A stretch of DNA of 64,000 nucleotides, taken from the sequence record MW272540.1, one strand, 5' to 3'. The notes beneath the pieces were generated by a model, which was given only the letters and a program-made list of their open reading frames with translations, did no database searches and was not told the origin of the DNA. Position numbers and translations under genes: made by a program. Shown piece after piece: positions 9,674 to 19,180 of the stretch (position 1 is the stretch's first letter; every line of letters starts with the position of its first letter).

Positions 9674-10611
9674 TGTCACTAATACCACCAATTCCAAGTA
9701 TAGATTCCCTAGTGGATGGGGCTCTTACTTTCGGAGAAGGAATCTTAAACGAAGGGGATGCAAGTGAGATCCCCGATTTAACCAGATTTATGCGGAAAGT
9801 AGAAAACACCGATTTGGCAAGACCTAATATGTTCATTGTCCGATTTGGTGATTTCCGAACCACAATTTTTAGTGATGGTGTTTTCGATAGCGACTTGCCT
9901 ATTTTCCCGGATGGATCGGGTGTCAGTACAAGCGATGATCTATTTTCTGGATCTAGCTATACTTGGCATAGGATACAAGATGTTGCTTTGGGGCAAGCTC
10001 ATAAAATACTCACACCAAGTATGAAAAGAATATTTGGTGCTTGGGACCCATCTTTAATACGAATTATACCGGGTGCTGGTGAAATTCTAGACGGTTTCTT
10101 AGGTTTAGATTATGATGTCAATAAAGACTTAGCTTTAATGGTTAAATCAGTTTCATTGCCATCATCAACTTTAGAAACCCAGATCAATAGAATTGATAAA
10201 TTACCCAGACATGAGGTAAAAGGTAGAAACTATGGGACAATGACCATGACGTTTTATTGCTCTCCTTCATATGAAGAACGGGCATTAATGCTAACATGGC
10301 AAAACACCATTGTAGACCCGAAAAATGGTAGGTTTGGTTTCTACAATACTTACGCAAAAGATATAGACGTTATCACGCTTGATAGACACGGTGTAAAACA
10401 ATCGACTGTACACAACGTAGGTTGTTTCCCTATTGAAGTTGGTGAAGTTCAACTTGACTTTGAGAATAATTCTCAAGTGTCTACGTTCACAGTAACCTTT
10501 GCTGTTTCTACTACTACCCATGTACCAACTAAGGGTACAGAAACCGGTATAGATTCAATAGAGAGTATCATCAGACGTACTACAGGTGTTCTAAACGCTA
10601 TTAAGAACTAA
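9673..10611 (+). CDS. gp54: Baseplate tail-tube initiator gp54
   Basis: DLARPNMF, VKSVSLP, WQNTIVDP, FPIEVGEVQLDFENNSQVSTFTVTFA. Confidence 0.88.
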   Translation: MSLIPPIPSIDSLVDGALTFGEGILNEGDASEIPDLTRFMRKVENTDLARPNMFIVRFGDFRTTIFSDGVFDSDLPIFPDGSGVSTSDDLFSGSSYTWHRIQDVALGQAHKILTPSMKRIFGAWDPSLIRIIPGAGEILDGFLGLDYDVNKDLALMVKSVSLPSSTLETQINRIDKLPRHEVKGRNYGTMTMTFYCSPSYEERALMLTWQNTIVDPKNGRFGFYNTYAKDIDVITLDRHGVKQSTVHNVGCFPIEVGEVQLDFENNSQVSTFTVTFAVSTTTHVPTKGTETGIDSIESIIRRTTGVLNAIKN

Positions 10612-10655
10612 GATAAACCCGGATCTAACGATCTGGGTTTTTTGTTATCTAAAAC

Positions 10656-10771
10656 ACGAACGAAGTGAGTCGCCGGAGGCGGTTCGCTACGCTCACAGAT
10701 TACTTTCTAATTATAGATCTTCTATATAAATACTTATAGAAACTTTATAGTTTGATTGCAAGTGAAACTAA
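10656..10771. repeat. Copy 1 of a two-module intergenic element (GC-rich hairpin + AT-rich 68-mer with TATAAATA)
   Basis: 10704-10771 matches 42625-42692 at 59/68; 18-mer 10656-10673 is the exact reverse complement of 42606-42623. Confidence 0.9.
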
Positions 10772-10881
10772 TATTTTTTGATTAAATTTTAACCGTATAA
10801 TAGATCAATTAAGTCTCGTAGCTGGATCTGTTATACTAGGTAGGTAAATACTCTTATAATGAGATAATAAGGATTCTATAA

Positions 10882-11658
10882 ATGTCTACGATAGATAAAA
10901 ATGTTCTTCTAACTGCTATGAAGAAGAATGTTCAAGAAACTAAGGTGAAGCTCTCTAATGGTAAAGAGATCCGGATCCGTGCTTTTGTAATGAAAGAAAT
11001 GAAACTCCTTATGATGGCAAATGAAGCCGGTAAAGGAATTGAAGACGCAATCATCCAGATTGTTAAAAACTGTATTCTTACAAAGGGTGTAGTTGTAGAA
11101 CAACTTCCTATCTTTGATCTGGAATCGATTTATATTGCTTTGTATCAGCTTTCTAAGGCATCTCCATACATTCCAGTTACTTTTACTTGTGCTAATGAAA
11201 TTCTTGATGAGAATGGAGAAATTCAATATGACAAATACGGTAACGTGGTTCTATGTGAGAATGAAATTAAAGTAAATTTGAATCTTAAAACCGCTAAACT
11301 CTCGGAAGCACCATCAAACGAAATCGTTTTGAACGAGAATATGAAGATTATCATGCGATATCCGAATATTAGTGAGGTTGAATATTTCAATATCGATAAA
11401 GAATCGGAACTTTTTAATCTTATAGTTCGTTGTATCGACGAGGTTCATATGGGTTCTGACATTGTTAAAGTTGGGGTTGATATACCTTATGAGGATATCG
11501 GGGAAGTAATGGAATATGCAGATGACAGCGCCATTATAAAAATGAGTAAGTTTGTTACTGGAATTCCTCAACATACCCTAAATATACCAGTAAAGTGTAA
11601 AAAATGTGGTCATGAAGAAATAGTAACGCTAACGGGAGTTGAAAGTTTTTTCGTATAA
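10882..11658 (+). CDS. gp26: Baseplate hub assembly protein gp26
   Basis: RAFVMKEMKLL, LPIFDLESIYI, MRYP, C-terminal CKKCGHE..L.GVESFF. Confidence 0.9.
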   Translation: MSTIDKNVLLTAMKKNVQETKVKLSNGKEIRIRAFVMKEMKLLMMANEAGKGIEDAIIQIVKNCILTKGVVVEQLPIFDLESIYIALYQLSKASPYIPVTFTCANEILDENGEIQYDKYGNVVLCENEIKVNLNLKTAKLSEAPSNEIVLNENMKIIMRYPNISEVEYFNIDKESELFNLIVRCIDEVHMGSDIVKVGVDIPYEDIGEVMEYADDSAIIKMSKFVTGIPQHTLNIPVKCKKCGHEEIVTLTGVESFFV

Positions 11659-11822
11659 CCCTCGTTAACCATACAATATTTGACCATTTCAATACAGTTT
11701 ATAAATTAAGAAAAGATGGATGGTTACATTCAGATTTAGAAGAGATGACACCTTTTGAATTTGGAGTATACGTCCAGCTTTATCTTCATGAACTTAGAGA
11801 AAAGGCAAAAGAGGGTGAATAA
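11646..11822 (+). CDS. gp51: gp51-like hub assembly/chaperone segment with no canonical start; probably reached by -1 frameshift from gp26
   Basis: Open frame FFRITLVNHTIFDHFNTVYKLRKDGWLHSDLEEMTPFEFGVYVQLYLHELREKAKEGE*; stop overlaps the gp29 ATG; T TTT TTC slippery site at 11646-11652. Confidence 0.75.
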   Translation, partial: FFRITLVNHTIFDHFNTVYKLRKDGWLHSDLEEMTPFEFGVYVQLYLHELREKAKEGE

Positions 11823-13714
11823 TGATTGGCGAGGGAAAAAACAAGGTCTTAGATCCATCGATAAAAGACCTTAAAGAGTCTCTTGATATAGTCACGGATT
11901 CTATGCTTACGCTCGATGACAAAACGGAAAAGTTGACAAAATCAACCACCGATTTGACTGCTGCTTATGATATTAATTCTGATGCTAGTGTTTCTTTATC
12001 TCAGGAACAAGAAAAACTAACTAACCAGATTAAAAGGCAGCGTAAGACAAATATCAATAGAGATAAGGTAAACTCCGATCTCGAAAAAGAGCGCATTAAA
12101 GAATTACAGACGATTCAGGATTCCAACGAAAGACGGAAGAAGCTTGAAACTATTCTTAATGATCAACAACCTTTGGTTGATTACTCTAATAATATTCCTG
12201 TTGAGGATGATTCCGGAAATAAAAAGAAGAAACCTATTCCGGAAGAAACAAGAGAGACCTTAGAAGAATTTATTAAGAGAGAAGTTGGAGATAGAGACGA
12301 ATTTATCGAAAACTTTAAAAAGGAAAACCAGAAGACTGGTAAATTTATTCGAGAAGTTGCGGCAAAAGCTAACATAATTAATCGAATGAAAAACTCCGAG
12401 ACGTCAGCAACTGCCAAAATATTGGGTCATACCATGAGTGCTGGTATGGGTATGATAACTGGAACAATTGATAATTTATTATCGTCAATCCCCGGTTATC
12501 GTGAAACTGCCAATGCTACAAAATTTGTTGCCGGGTCTATCTATGATGCACATAAAGCCAGAAAGGAAAAGAACCTTGACCGGAAAGCAGAAAAGACTTA
12601 CGAAGCGAAGAAATCTGATGCAGTTTCTAAATTTCAACAAATCCCAACCCCCGGAAAATCTCCAACCGAAGAAAAAATAAAACAAGAGAGAGATTCGAGG
12701 GATAAGAAAAAGGAATCTGATGCAAATTCAAGAGAACGAGACGCAAACGATAAACGTCATAAAGGATTAATGTCTGTTCTTAAAGGACTTCAAATGTCCA
12801 TGATCCTTGGTAAGCTAATGTCGTTTATAGGGCCTATAATGGCTATTGGTGGTGGGTTGATGGCTGCTGTTACTGGTCTAAGTGGTTCAGTTGCTGGTAT
12901 TGGTGCGGCGGTTGCGGCGGCTCTTGGTGCTGTAGTTGGAAAGATGATCGGAAGTATGACCGACCTATTTAAAAAATTGCCGGGTTTTAGTGGACCTAAA
13001 ACAACTCCGACAAAACCGACTATAGATCCAAAAACAAATAAACCAACCACAGAACCACCGAAGAATGGAAAACCAAATACTCCGAAACCTAGCGGTGGTC
13101 CCACTATAGAAACAAAGCCAACCAGTACCCCGAAACCGGGTGTTCCTGATGCGGCTGGTAAGGCGGGGAAAACCGCAGGTAAAGCTGGTGCAGGGAAAGT
13201 TGCCGCAGAAGCTGCATCTAAATTCCTTCGGTCTGGTGGTGCTCGTAAATTGGCTGGCTTTGCTTTAAAACTTGGCCTTAGAGCCATCCCATTCGCTGGT
13301 GCTGCGCTTTTAGCTTACGACATATACTCAGCCATTAAGGATAACCCCGAAATGGTAGAGAAGGGTATGGAAGCCGCCAAAGGGGCTTTTGGTAATGTTG
13401 GTGAAGTATTAGGTATTTCTTCTGCTAATGCGTCGGATGAACCTGTTGATGGTAGTAAATTGAAACCTGTTATTAAGTCTGGTGAGGACCAAGCCACATC
13501 GGCTAGGATCGAGGAAGGTAATAGGAAGGTTGAACAATTTAGAGCCAAACAGGCAGAAGAAGAGAGGAAACGGGAAGAAAGAAGGACAGAAGCTATGTAC
13601 GCATCATATAACACACAAACATATAACAGTATGACGTCTGTGTTGCCGTCTGGTTTTGGTCCATATCATCCAGAAACCCCTGTAGGATCCTATGGAGTTC
13701 AACCGATATCATGA
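11822..13714 (+). CDS. gp29: Tape-measure / baseplate hub protein gp29
   Basis: 630 aa, coiled-coil N-terminus, Gly/Ala hydrophobic segment, RAIPFAG motif; follows gp26/51. Confidence 0.75.
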   Translation: MIGEGKNKVLDPSIKDLKESLDIVTDSMLTLDDKTEKLTKSTTDLTAAYDINSDASVSLSQEQEKLTNQIKRQRKTNINRDKVNSDLEKERIKELQTIQDSNERRKKLETILNDQQPLVDYSNNIPVEDDSGNKKKKPIPEETRETLEEFIKREVGDRDEFIENFKKENQKTGKFIREVAAKANIINRMKNSETSATAKILGHTMSAGMGMITGTIDNLLSSIPGYRETANATKFVAGSIYDAHKARKEKNLDRKAEKTYEAKKSDAVSKFQQIPTPGKSPTEEKIKQERDSRDKKKESDANSRERDANDKRHKGLMSVLKGLQMSMILGKLMSFIGPIMAIGGGLMAAVTGLSGSVAGIGAAVAAALGAVVGKMIGSMTDLFKKLPGFSGPKTTPTKPTIDPKTNKPTTEPPKNGKPNTPKPSGGPTIETKPTSTPKPGVPDAAGKAGKTAGKAGAGKVAAEAASKFLRSGGARKLAGFALKLGLRAIPFAGAALLAYDIYSAIKDNPEMVEKGMEAAKGAFGNVGEVLGISSANASDEPVDGSKLKPVIKSGEDQATSARIEEGNRKVEQFRAKQAEEERKREERRTEAMYASYNTQTYNSMTSVLPSGFGPYHPETPVGSYGVQPIS

Positions 13715-14289
13715 TAAGAAATCAAACGCACATCACCAATATGCGTCTGGAAATTCCAGACGCTAATACAACAATGAATTTTGTTAACGCCGCGCAATCG
13801 GTAAATATACCATCACTAGAGATGGAAATTTCTAGAGTTTCTATAAATCAAATGGCGTCTGGTAATTTACCGGGGTCTAAGATTAACTATGAACCATTGA
13901 GAGTGAGATTTCTAATCGATGAAGATTTTAAATCGTATCAAGAGATCTACCAGTGGATGATTTCAGTCACTGATAGCAGGACTTTTGATTCTACTGCTCA
14001 TTTACCGGGTGCTAGACCTAGAACCATGTTAGTTCATATACTAGATAACTCTAAAAGAAACATCTTGATGACCTTCAAATTGAATGACCCATTCCCCAGC
14101 ACAATTGACGAAATAGAGATGAGCTATGTGGATTCTGGAAACCCAGCCATAACTGGTATGGTTTCTTTTCATTATGCTACTATGAGTCTTTTGGATAAGA
14201 ATGGTAATGAAATTTTACCGCTCAAAACTAAGGTCGGTACTGGTACAGGTTCAAACGGTGGGCTCGCTTTGCACCCATCACTAAGATAA
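13711..14289 (+). CDS. gp3: Tail tube terminator gp3
   Basis: AQSVNIPSL, LPGSKINYEPLRVRFLIDED..SYQEIYQWM, HILDN. Confidence 0.93.
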   Translation: MIRNQTHITNMRLEIPDANTTMNFVNAAQSVNIPSLEMEISRVSINQMASGNLPGSKINYEPLRVRFLIDEDFKSYQEIYQWMISVTDSRTFDSTAHLPGARPRTMLVHILDNSKRNILMTFKLNDPFPSTIDEIEMSYVDSGNPAITGMVSFHYATMSLLDKNGNEILPLKTKVGTGTGSNGGLALHPSLR

Positions 14290-14343
14290 AATTAAGTGCT
14301 TCTTTTTGTTGTGTTATAATCAAACCAAAAGAGGTACAAATTT

Positions 14344-15081
14344 ATGATCTATGCTATATCTGGTTTGAAAAGAACTGGAAAGGATACGGTATCTAAATTC
14401 ATCCAAGAAATGACTGGGGCTACTCCGTATGCACTGGCATATCCAATAAAAAAGGCTTTGCATTATGCTATGTGCGAACGTAGTGACGCAAGATTATCCT
14501 TATCTTGGAAGGATATCAACGGTGAAACTTCGTTTGACCGGGAAAAGGATCTCGAACTTTCTACATTAGAATTAAAATCTATCCTAAATAATGCTATACT
14601 GTATTGTAATCGAGAGTTCAATAAGTTCGAATTCACCGAGTTGGCTAAACTCATGCGTGATGTTTCTGAATTGAAATCCTCTGATAGTATGTCATTTTGG
14701 GATATCTTTTGTTTAAGCTTTGCTAAATTTTTCGGAAACACCGAAAGAGTTGTAGAGATTGAGAACAAATATAAATGGTCGGTTCGTCGTCTGATGCAGA
14801 CCCTAGGAACCGATTTAATTGTCAATGTTCGTCGTGATTATTGGTTGCAGTGTATTCCAACTTATGGATCTGACATTATTATCACAGACATAAGACAAAC
14901 CCACGAAATGCAATATTGTAGAGATAACAATGCAAAAGTTATCTTTGTTGTTAAATCTGGTATCGTATCTAAAGACTCTCATATTACAGAACGAGGTTTA
15001 GAGCCAAAAGCCAGTGATATCATCGTATACAACGATGGTACGTTAGAATCTTTAAAATCAAAAATTCAATCTTTAATTTAA
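14344..15081 (+). CDS. gp1: Deoxynucleoside monophosphate kinase gp1
   Basis: ISGLKRTGKDT P-loop, RRLMQTLGTD, IITDIR..HE, HITERGL. Confidence 0.95.
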   Translation: MIYAISGLKRTGKDTVSKFIQEMTGATPYALAYPIKKALHYAMCERSDARLSLSWKDINGETSFDREKDLELSTLELKSILNNAILYCNREFNKFEFTELAKLMRDVSELKSSDSMSFWDIFCLSFAKFFGNTERVVEIENKYKWSVRRLMQTLGTDLIVNVRRDYWLQCIPTYGSDIIITDIRQTHEMQYCRDNNAKVIFVVKSGIVSKDSHITERGLEPKASDIIVYNDGTLESLKSKIQSLI

Positions 15082-15093
15082 GGTAAAATAAAA

Positions 15094-15324
15094 ATGCAAG
15101 AACAAGTACAACAACTTCAACAAGTAATTCTGGAACTGAAAGCTCGTATCTTTGATATCAGTGAAGCCCAATCCCGTAAAGAGCAAGAACAGGCTCAGAT
15201 CTATCAGCATTTTGCAGACGCACTTGGTCTAGACAAAGAAGAAGCAACCCGACTGGATGCTTATCTAGCTAAGATCGAAAGTCTGAAGGCTGGTCAAAAA
15301 CCGGTTGTTGACAGCGGCGAATAA
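15094..15324 (+). CDS. gp57A: Tail fibre chaperone gp57A
   Basis: ILELKARIFD coiled coil, 76 aa, follows gp1 as in T4. Confidence 0.85.
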   Translation: MQEQVQQLQQVILELKARIFDISEAQSRKEQEQAQIYQHFADALGLDKEEATRLDAYLAKIESLKAGQKPVVDSGE

Positions 15325-15377
15325 TGATGTAAGATAAGGGGGTGACGTAGGTCGTCCCCTTATTTTTTGGAGTCTTT

Positions 15378-15677
15378 ATGAAAAAGAGATACAAACTTGT
15401 TGACAAGGCTGGTTTTGTTATGGCATCGTATGAACCAGAAATCGTATCAAATGAGCCGGTCATCGAGCCAGTATTTATTGAAGAAAGGAAACTTTTGGCT
15501 GACCTATTGACTGATGTTTCGTTTACGGTTACTATTGCAAAACGATATAAACAAGTCGGTATTACTTCTAAACAGATTAGTAAGATCCCGGTTGCAGAGT
15601 TTCACGAAAAAACAAAAGATTTTCAGTTTTACTTGATTATGATGGAAGAGTTTGATAAATTCTTTATCGAAGCCTAA
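15378..15677 (+). CDS. Hypothetical protein
   Basis: ORF with SD ggag. Confidence 0.75.
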   Translation: MKKRYKLVDKAGFVMASYEPEIVSNEPVIEPVFIEERKLLADLLTDVSFTVTIAKRYKQVGITSKQISKIPVAEFHEKTKDFQFYLIMMEEFDKFFIEA

Positions 15678-15700
15678 ATACAGTTTTGAGAGGATATGTA

Positions 15701-16714
15701 ATGTCTAAAATGTTCGACCAGTTGCTTGAGTCTATGAACCAAGCAATTGCCCTTAAAACTCTTGGGTTGTCTTCCAATTTTACTGAAGAAGAACTCAAAG
15801 CCGCTTATCGAAAAGCAGCAAAAGACAATCACCCAGATCGCGGTGGTAGTACAGAAAAAATGCAGTCTGTTAACTCTGCATACGAAGAACTTAAAAATTC
15901 CGGTTCTTCTGCGACTCGTGAAGCCTCTTGGGCTCAACGAAAGCAGAAACAAGAAGACGAAAAACGTGTTGTGACTAATTTTGTTACCCACATGTTTGAT
16001 AAGTTTTTTGATATCAATGCTTATCTCGATTACTTCCAAAAAATGAGTGGTAAAAAATTCACTTTTGAAAGGAAAATCAATGTTGGTACTTGGGGAACCG
16101 CGTCTGTAGATTATAAATTTTCATCAGAAGACCGTTCTGTTTTCTTTGATCTTAATGCTATGGCTCATGTGTTTATCACAAAAGCTCTTGGTGCTGGTAT
16201 TGATAAACCGGAATTGGATAAAATGGGTGTCTTTACTGAGGTCTTGATCGACCGTAAGAAAGTAAAAATGTCTCAAAGTAATTACAATCAATCAGAAACA
16301 GAAAAGTTCATGAAGGATCCGAAAATCCTTTTCCCAGAAACAAAACTGAAAAAAGCTTTTTCGGCTGACAAGAAAGTAAAACCGCTTAAAAAAGCTGATT
16401 ATGTTCTTTTTGTTAAGAAAGAACTTGAAGGCAAACACCTTGGTGGTGATGATTTTGCTGTTGACATCGGTAACGGTTCTGTGATTTACTTCTCTCGTAT
16501 GACATGGATGAGAAAAGGTGTATGGAATATCAGTGGTCGAACTGGGACTAAGGAACGTTGGTCTGTCACTACTCCTTTCTACGAGACAGAAACTCCAGAA
16601 AATATGGACGTAATGAAAGAACTTGTTCAAACAATGAAATCTCATAATTCTTCAAATGGTCAGCAGATGGAGTCTCTTGTGAAAAAAATTATGTTGAAAG
16701 CAAACAAGACTTAA
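15701..16714 (+). CDS. J-domain (DnaJ-like) protein with unknown C-terminal domain
   Basis: ALKTLGL...EELKAAYRKAAKDNHPDRGGSTEKMQSVNSAYEEL with intact HPD; late promoter CCTAAATA at 15673-15680. Confidence 0.9.
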   Translation: MSKMFDQLLESMNQAIALKTLGLSSNFTEEELKAAYRKAAKDNHPDRGGSTEKMQSVNSAYEELKNSGSSATREASWAQRKQKQEDEKRVVTNFVTHMFDKFFDINAYLDYFQKMSGKKFTFERKINVGTWGTASVDYKFSSEDRSVFFDLNAMAHVFITKALGAGIDKPELDKMGVFTEVLIDRKKVKMSQSNYNQSETEKFMKDPKILFPETKLKKAFSADKKVKPLKKADYVLFVKKELEGKHLGGDDFAVDIGNGSVIYFSRMTWMRKGVWNISGRTGTKERWSVTTPFYETETPENMDVMKELVQTMKSHNSSNGQQMESLVKKIMLKANKT

Positions 16715-16780
16715 AATAAAATTCACTGGGGGTAATTTGTGTGTTATAATTACCCCATAAATAACTAGAGAGAAAATAAT

Positions 16781-16972
16781 ATGTATAAATTTGTAATTCA
16801 TCCCGTTGATCATACTGCAACCAAAATTTTGGTTGACTCCAAGCGTGTGGTTGGTTTGGTTGAAAAATCCGGTATCACGGTAATTACCGTAGAGGATAAA
16901 TGGGGTAATGATTTTATTTTCAATATCAGCGATAATTTTGATTATATTGCGGGTAAAATTATTCACGATTGA
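16781..16972 (+). CDS. Hypothetical protein
   Basis: ORF after TGTGTTATAAT early-type promoter, SD gagag. Confidence 0.75.
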   Translation: MYKFVIHPVDHTATKILVDSKRVVGLVEKSGITVITVEDKWGNDFIFNISDNFDYIAGKIIHD

Positions 16973-17034
16973 AAGATATCGTGTTAATATAGGTTTGTCG
17001 GGTGAGATTCCCGACAAACAAAAGGTATTTTAGT

Positions 17035-17108
<74 letters not shown>

Positions 17109-17122
17109 CTAAAATACTTTCC

Positions 17123-17206
17123 GGGGATGTGGTGAAATTGGCAGACACACCAGATTTAGGTTCTGGCGCTTAATGTGTGTGGGTTCGAATCCCACCATCC
17201 CCACCA
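17123..17206 (+). tRNA. tRNA-Leu(UAG)
   Basis: Cloverleaf with long variable arm; ccaga-tt TAG gt-tctgg; CCA. Confidence 0.95.
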
Positions 17207-17229
17207 AATTATAAAAATGAGAAACATAA

Positions 17230-17877
17230 ATGAAAATAATTGTATTGAATGGGAAAGAGTATTCTATCCCAGTTTGTTGTAAATATTTGGGTGTTGACCC
17301 GGATGGTGAAATTTTTTGTTATGTAGAAAAGCCGATTCGTTATTATTCTAATAACGATTGGATTTTTGTTCCACCGAAAGAAAACGAGGATGATGCGTTT
17401 TATATCGGAAAAGTAGAAAATAAAAATCTTCTTGGTCTGTGTATTTCTCTTGATGAAAATACTGAATATAAAGAAACTTCTTGTTGGGTAAGGCTTGGTT
17501 CTTATAATATCCCAAACCGAAACGGACGAGTTATCCATATAACAGAACCTCTTTTACAAGAGTTTAAAGATAAACTACCAAAAAAGATCAACCACGGACA
17601 AAATACACTTAAAAACAATAATTTTTATGATGTTCCGAATCCAGTTGGTACTATTAACGATATCTCTTGGGAACTTCGTGATAACGGTATAATGCATGTT
17701 TATGGTAATATATCAAAATACGATAACCCGGTCTGGGATAAGTTTTGTGGAGATCACGACTTCTCATTAAGAGCGGTTGGAACGATTCGGAAAACAGACA
17801 GTCTTATTCACGAGGATGTTTCCAATATCATTTCTTGGGATCTAGAAGATTTTGATCTGATTGAAAAAAGATTTTAA
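17230..17877 (+). CDS. Two-domain protein; C-terminal half resembles a prohead protease
   Basis: NRNGRV, INHG, FSLRAVG, ISWD in the order of gp21-family motifs. Confidence 0.55.
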   Translation: MKIIVLNGKEYSIPVCCKYLGVDPDGEIFCYVEKPIRYYSNNDWIFVPPKENEDDAFYIGKVENKNLLGLCISLDENTEYKETSCWVRLGSYNIPNRNGRVIHITEPLLQEFKDKLPKKINHGQNTLKNNNFYDVPNPVGTINDISWELRDNGIMHVYGNISKYDNPVWDKFCGDHDFSLRAVGTIRKTDSLIHEDVSNIISWDLEDFDLIEKRF

Positions 17878-17907
17878 TTTTTATTAAAAATATGAGAGTA
17901 TAATATT

Positions 17908-19035
17908 ATGGGTTCTTTTAATACAGTTTGTGGTGTAACAAAGCATATTGTTTCTTGTGGTGAACCGGTGGTTTTGCTACCTGTGGTTTCTAGGCATGGT
18001 GACATGATCCCCGCTTCTGCTGGTGTGTATATCTCAGATCGATATTGTCTTGCTTTTCATCTACCTCTATTCGCTGTATATGACGATTATGGGTGTTTTG
18101 ATATTGAACCGGGGGAGATCTATGACTCGTTTGTTGATGTAGTTAAAACTAATTACGTAAAGAATGAGCTTGATCCTAATGTAGATAGTCAATATCAAGA
18201 TTATGTAAATGTTGATGTGGAAGACCTTTTTTCCAATAAGATGTGTTTTCAAGATTTGATGCATGACGAAAAACTGTTTGTCAAATCGCCGAAATATAAC
18301 AAATCTAAAAAGTCTAGACTAATGTTCATGGTCATCAAACGTTCTGTTTGGGATGAGATGGTCTTTGCTGGGTACGAATATCAGGCTAAAGCGTGGAATA
18401 GCGATTATTACACTAAGAGTATCAAACTAACCAATAAAGCTTTTGATAAAATATCGGATATGGAAGCCCTATCAAAAGAAGAATTGGAATCAAAAGCGAA
18501 GACTCAGTTTGAGAAGATGAAAAACCTACTTGAAGAAGATTTTTCGGACCTTGGTATTGGATTGGAATATTTTATTGGTAAAACTGGTTGTTTGGGTGTA
18601 TACTCTGATGTTGTTAATACGTCGTATGATTGTCCATTTGATACATCAAATCAAACCGAAAATTCTGTTCGGGTTGTTGCAAAAAACAGAGATTTGTTTT
18701 ATGACCTAAAAGCTGTAATTTCAACAATGCAAATGTTGAACATCGAATTTTACCCACAAATGTACGGTCGTCAAAGTTACAACCATGCAGATCATGCAAA
18801 GCTTATGTGTAAATTGCAGCTTGCTGGTCATAACAATGACCTCAATACTATTGGCTATATGGATTGTAATTTCCGTATTCGTGTGAAGAAAGATAAACTA
18901 GATCAGTTGTGTTCTGACAAAAATTGGAATTCAAAAGAACCGGATTTAAAGCTTGACAACGGAAAGTACGTTGTAGTAGAATCTAAGTACGGTGAATTGA
19001 ACGATTACCGAGATGTAGAAATCGTAAGTATTTGA
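17908..19035 (+). CDS. Hypothetical protein (375 aa)
   Basis: Long ORF, MGSFNTVCGVT start, no recognised motif. Confidence 0.85.
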   Translation: MGSFNTVCGVTKHIVSCGEPVVLLPVVSRHGDMIPASAGVYISDRYCLAFHLPLFAVYDDYGCFDIEPGEIYDSFVDVVKTNYVKNELDPNVDSQYQDYVNVDVEDLFSNKMCFQDLMHDEKLFVKSPKYNKSKKSRLMFMVIKRSVWDEMVFAGYEYQAKAWNSDYYTKSIKLTNKAFDKISDMEALSKEELESKAKTQFEKMKNLLEEDFSDLGIGLEYFIGKTGCLGVYSDVVNTSYDCPFDTSNQTENSVRVVAKNRDLFYDLKAVISTMQMLNIEFYPQMYGRQSYNHADHAKLMCKLQLAGHNNDLNTIGYMDCNFRIRVKKDKLDQLCSDKNWNSKEPDLKLDNGKYVVVESKYGELNDYRDVEIVSI

Positions 19036-19083
19036 GTTAAATCATGCATTTGGGGTGAAAATAGTAGCCCTAAATAATATTAT

Positions 19084-19176
19084 GGTAGGTTGGCAGAGAT
19101 GGATTATTGCAACGGTCTTGAAAACCGTCGGCGGGAGAAATCTCGTCCGTGGGTTCGAATCCCACACCTACCTCCA
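19084..19176 (+). tRNA. tRNA-Ser(UGA)
   Basis: acggt-ct TGA aa-accgt, long variable arm, CCA. Confidence 0.95.
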
Positions 19177-19180
19177 AAAT

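Noticed and set aside
12985-13200. Pro/Thr/Lys- then Gly/Ala-rich low-complexity stretch in gp29
   Set aside because: Such linkers are common in tape-measure proteins; no nucleotide-level repeat unit.
12790-13287. Long antisense ORFs in the track (also 50911-51462, 56213-56770, 61307-61768, 62148-62801)
   Set aside because: They shadow well-supported genes on the other strand and lack SD sequences or recognisable motifs.
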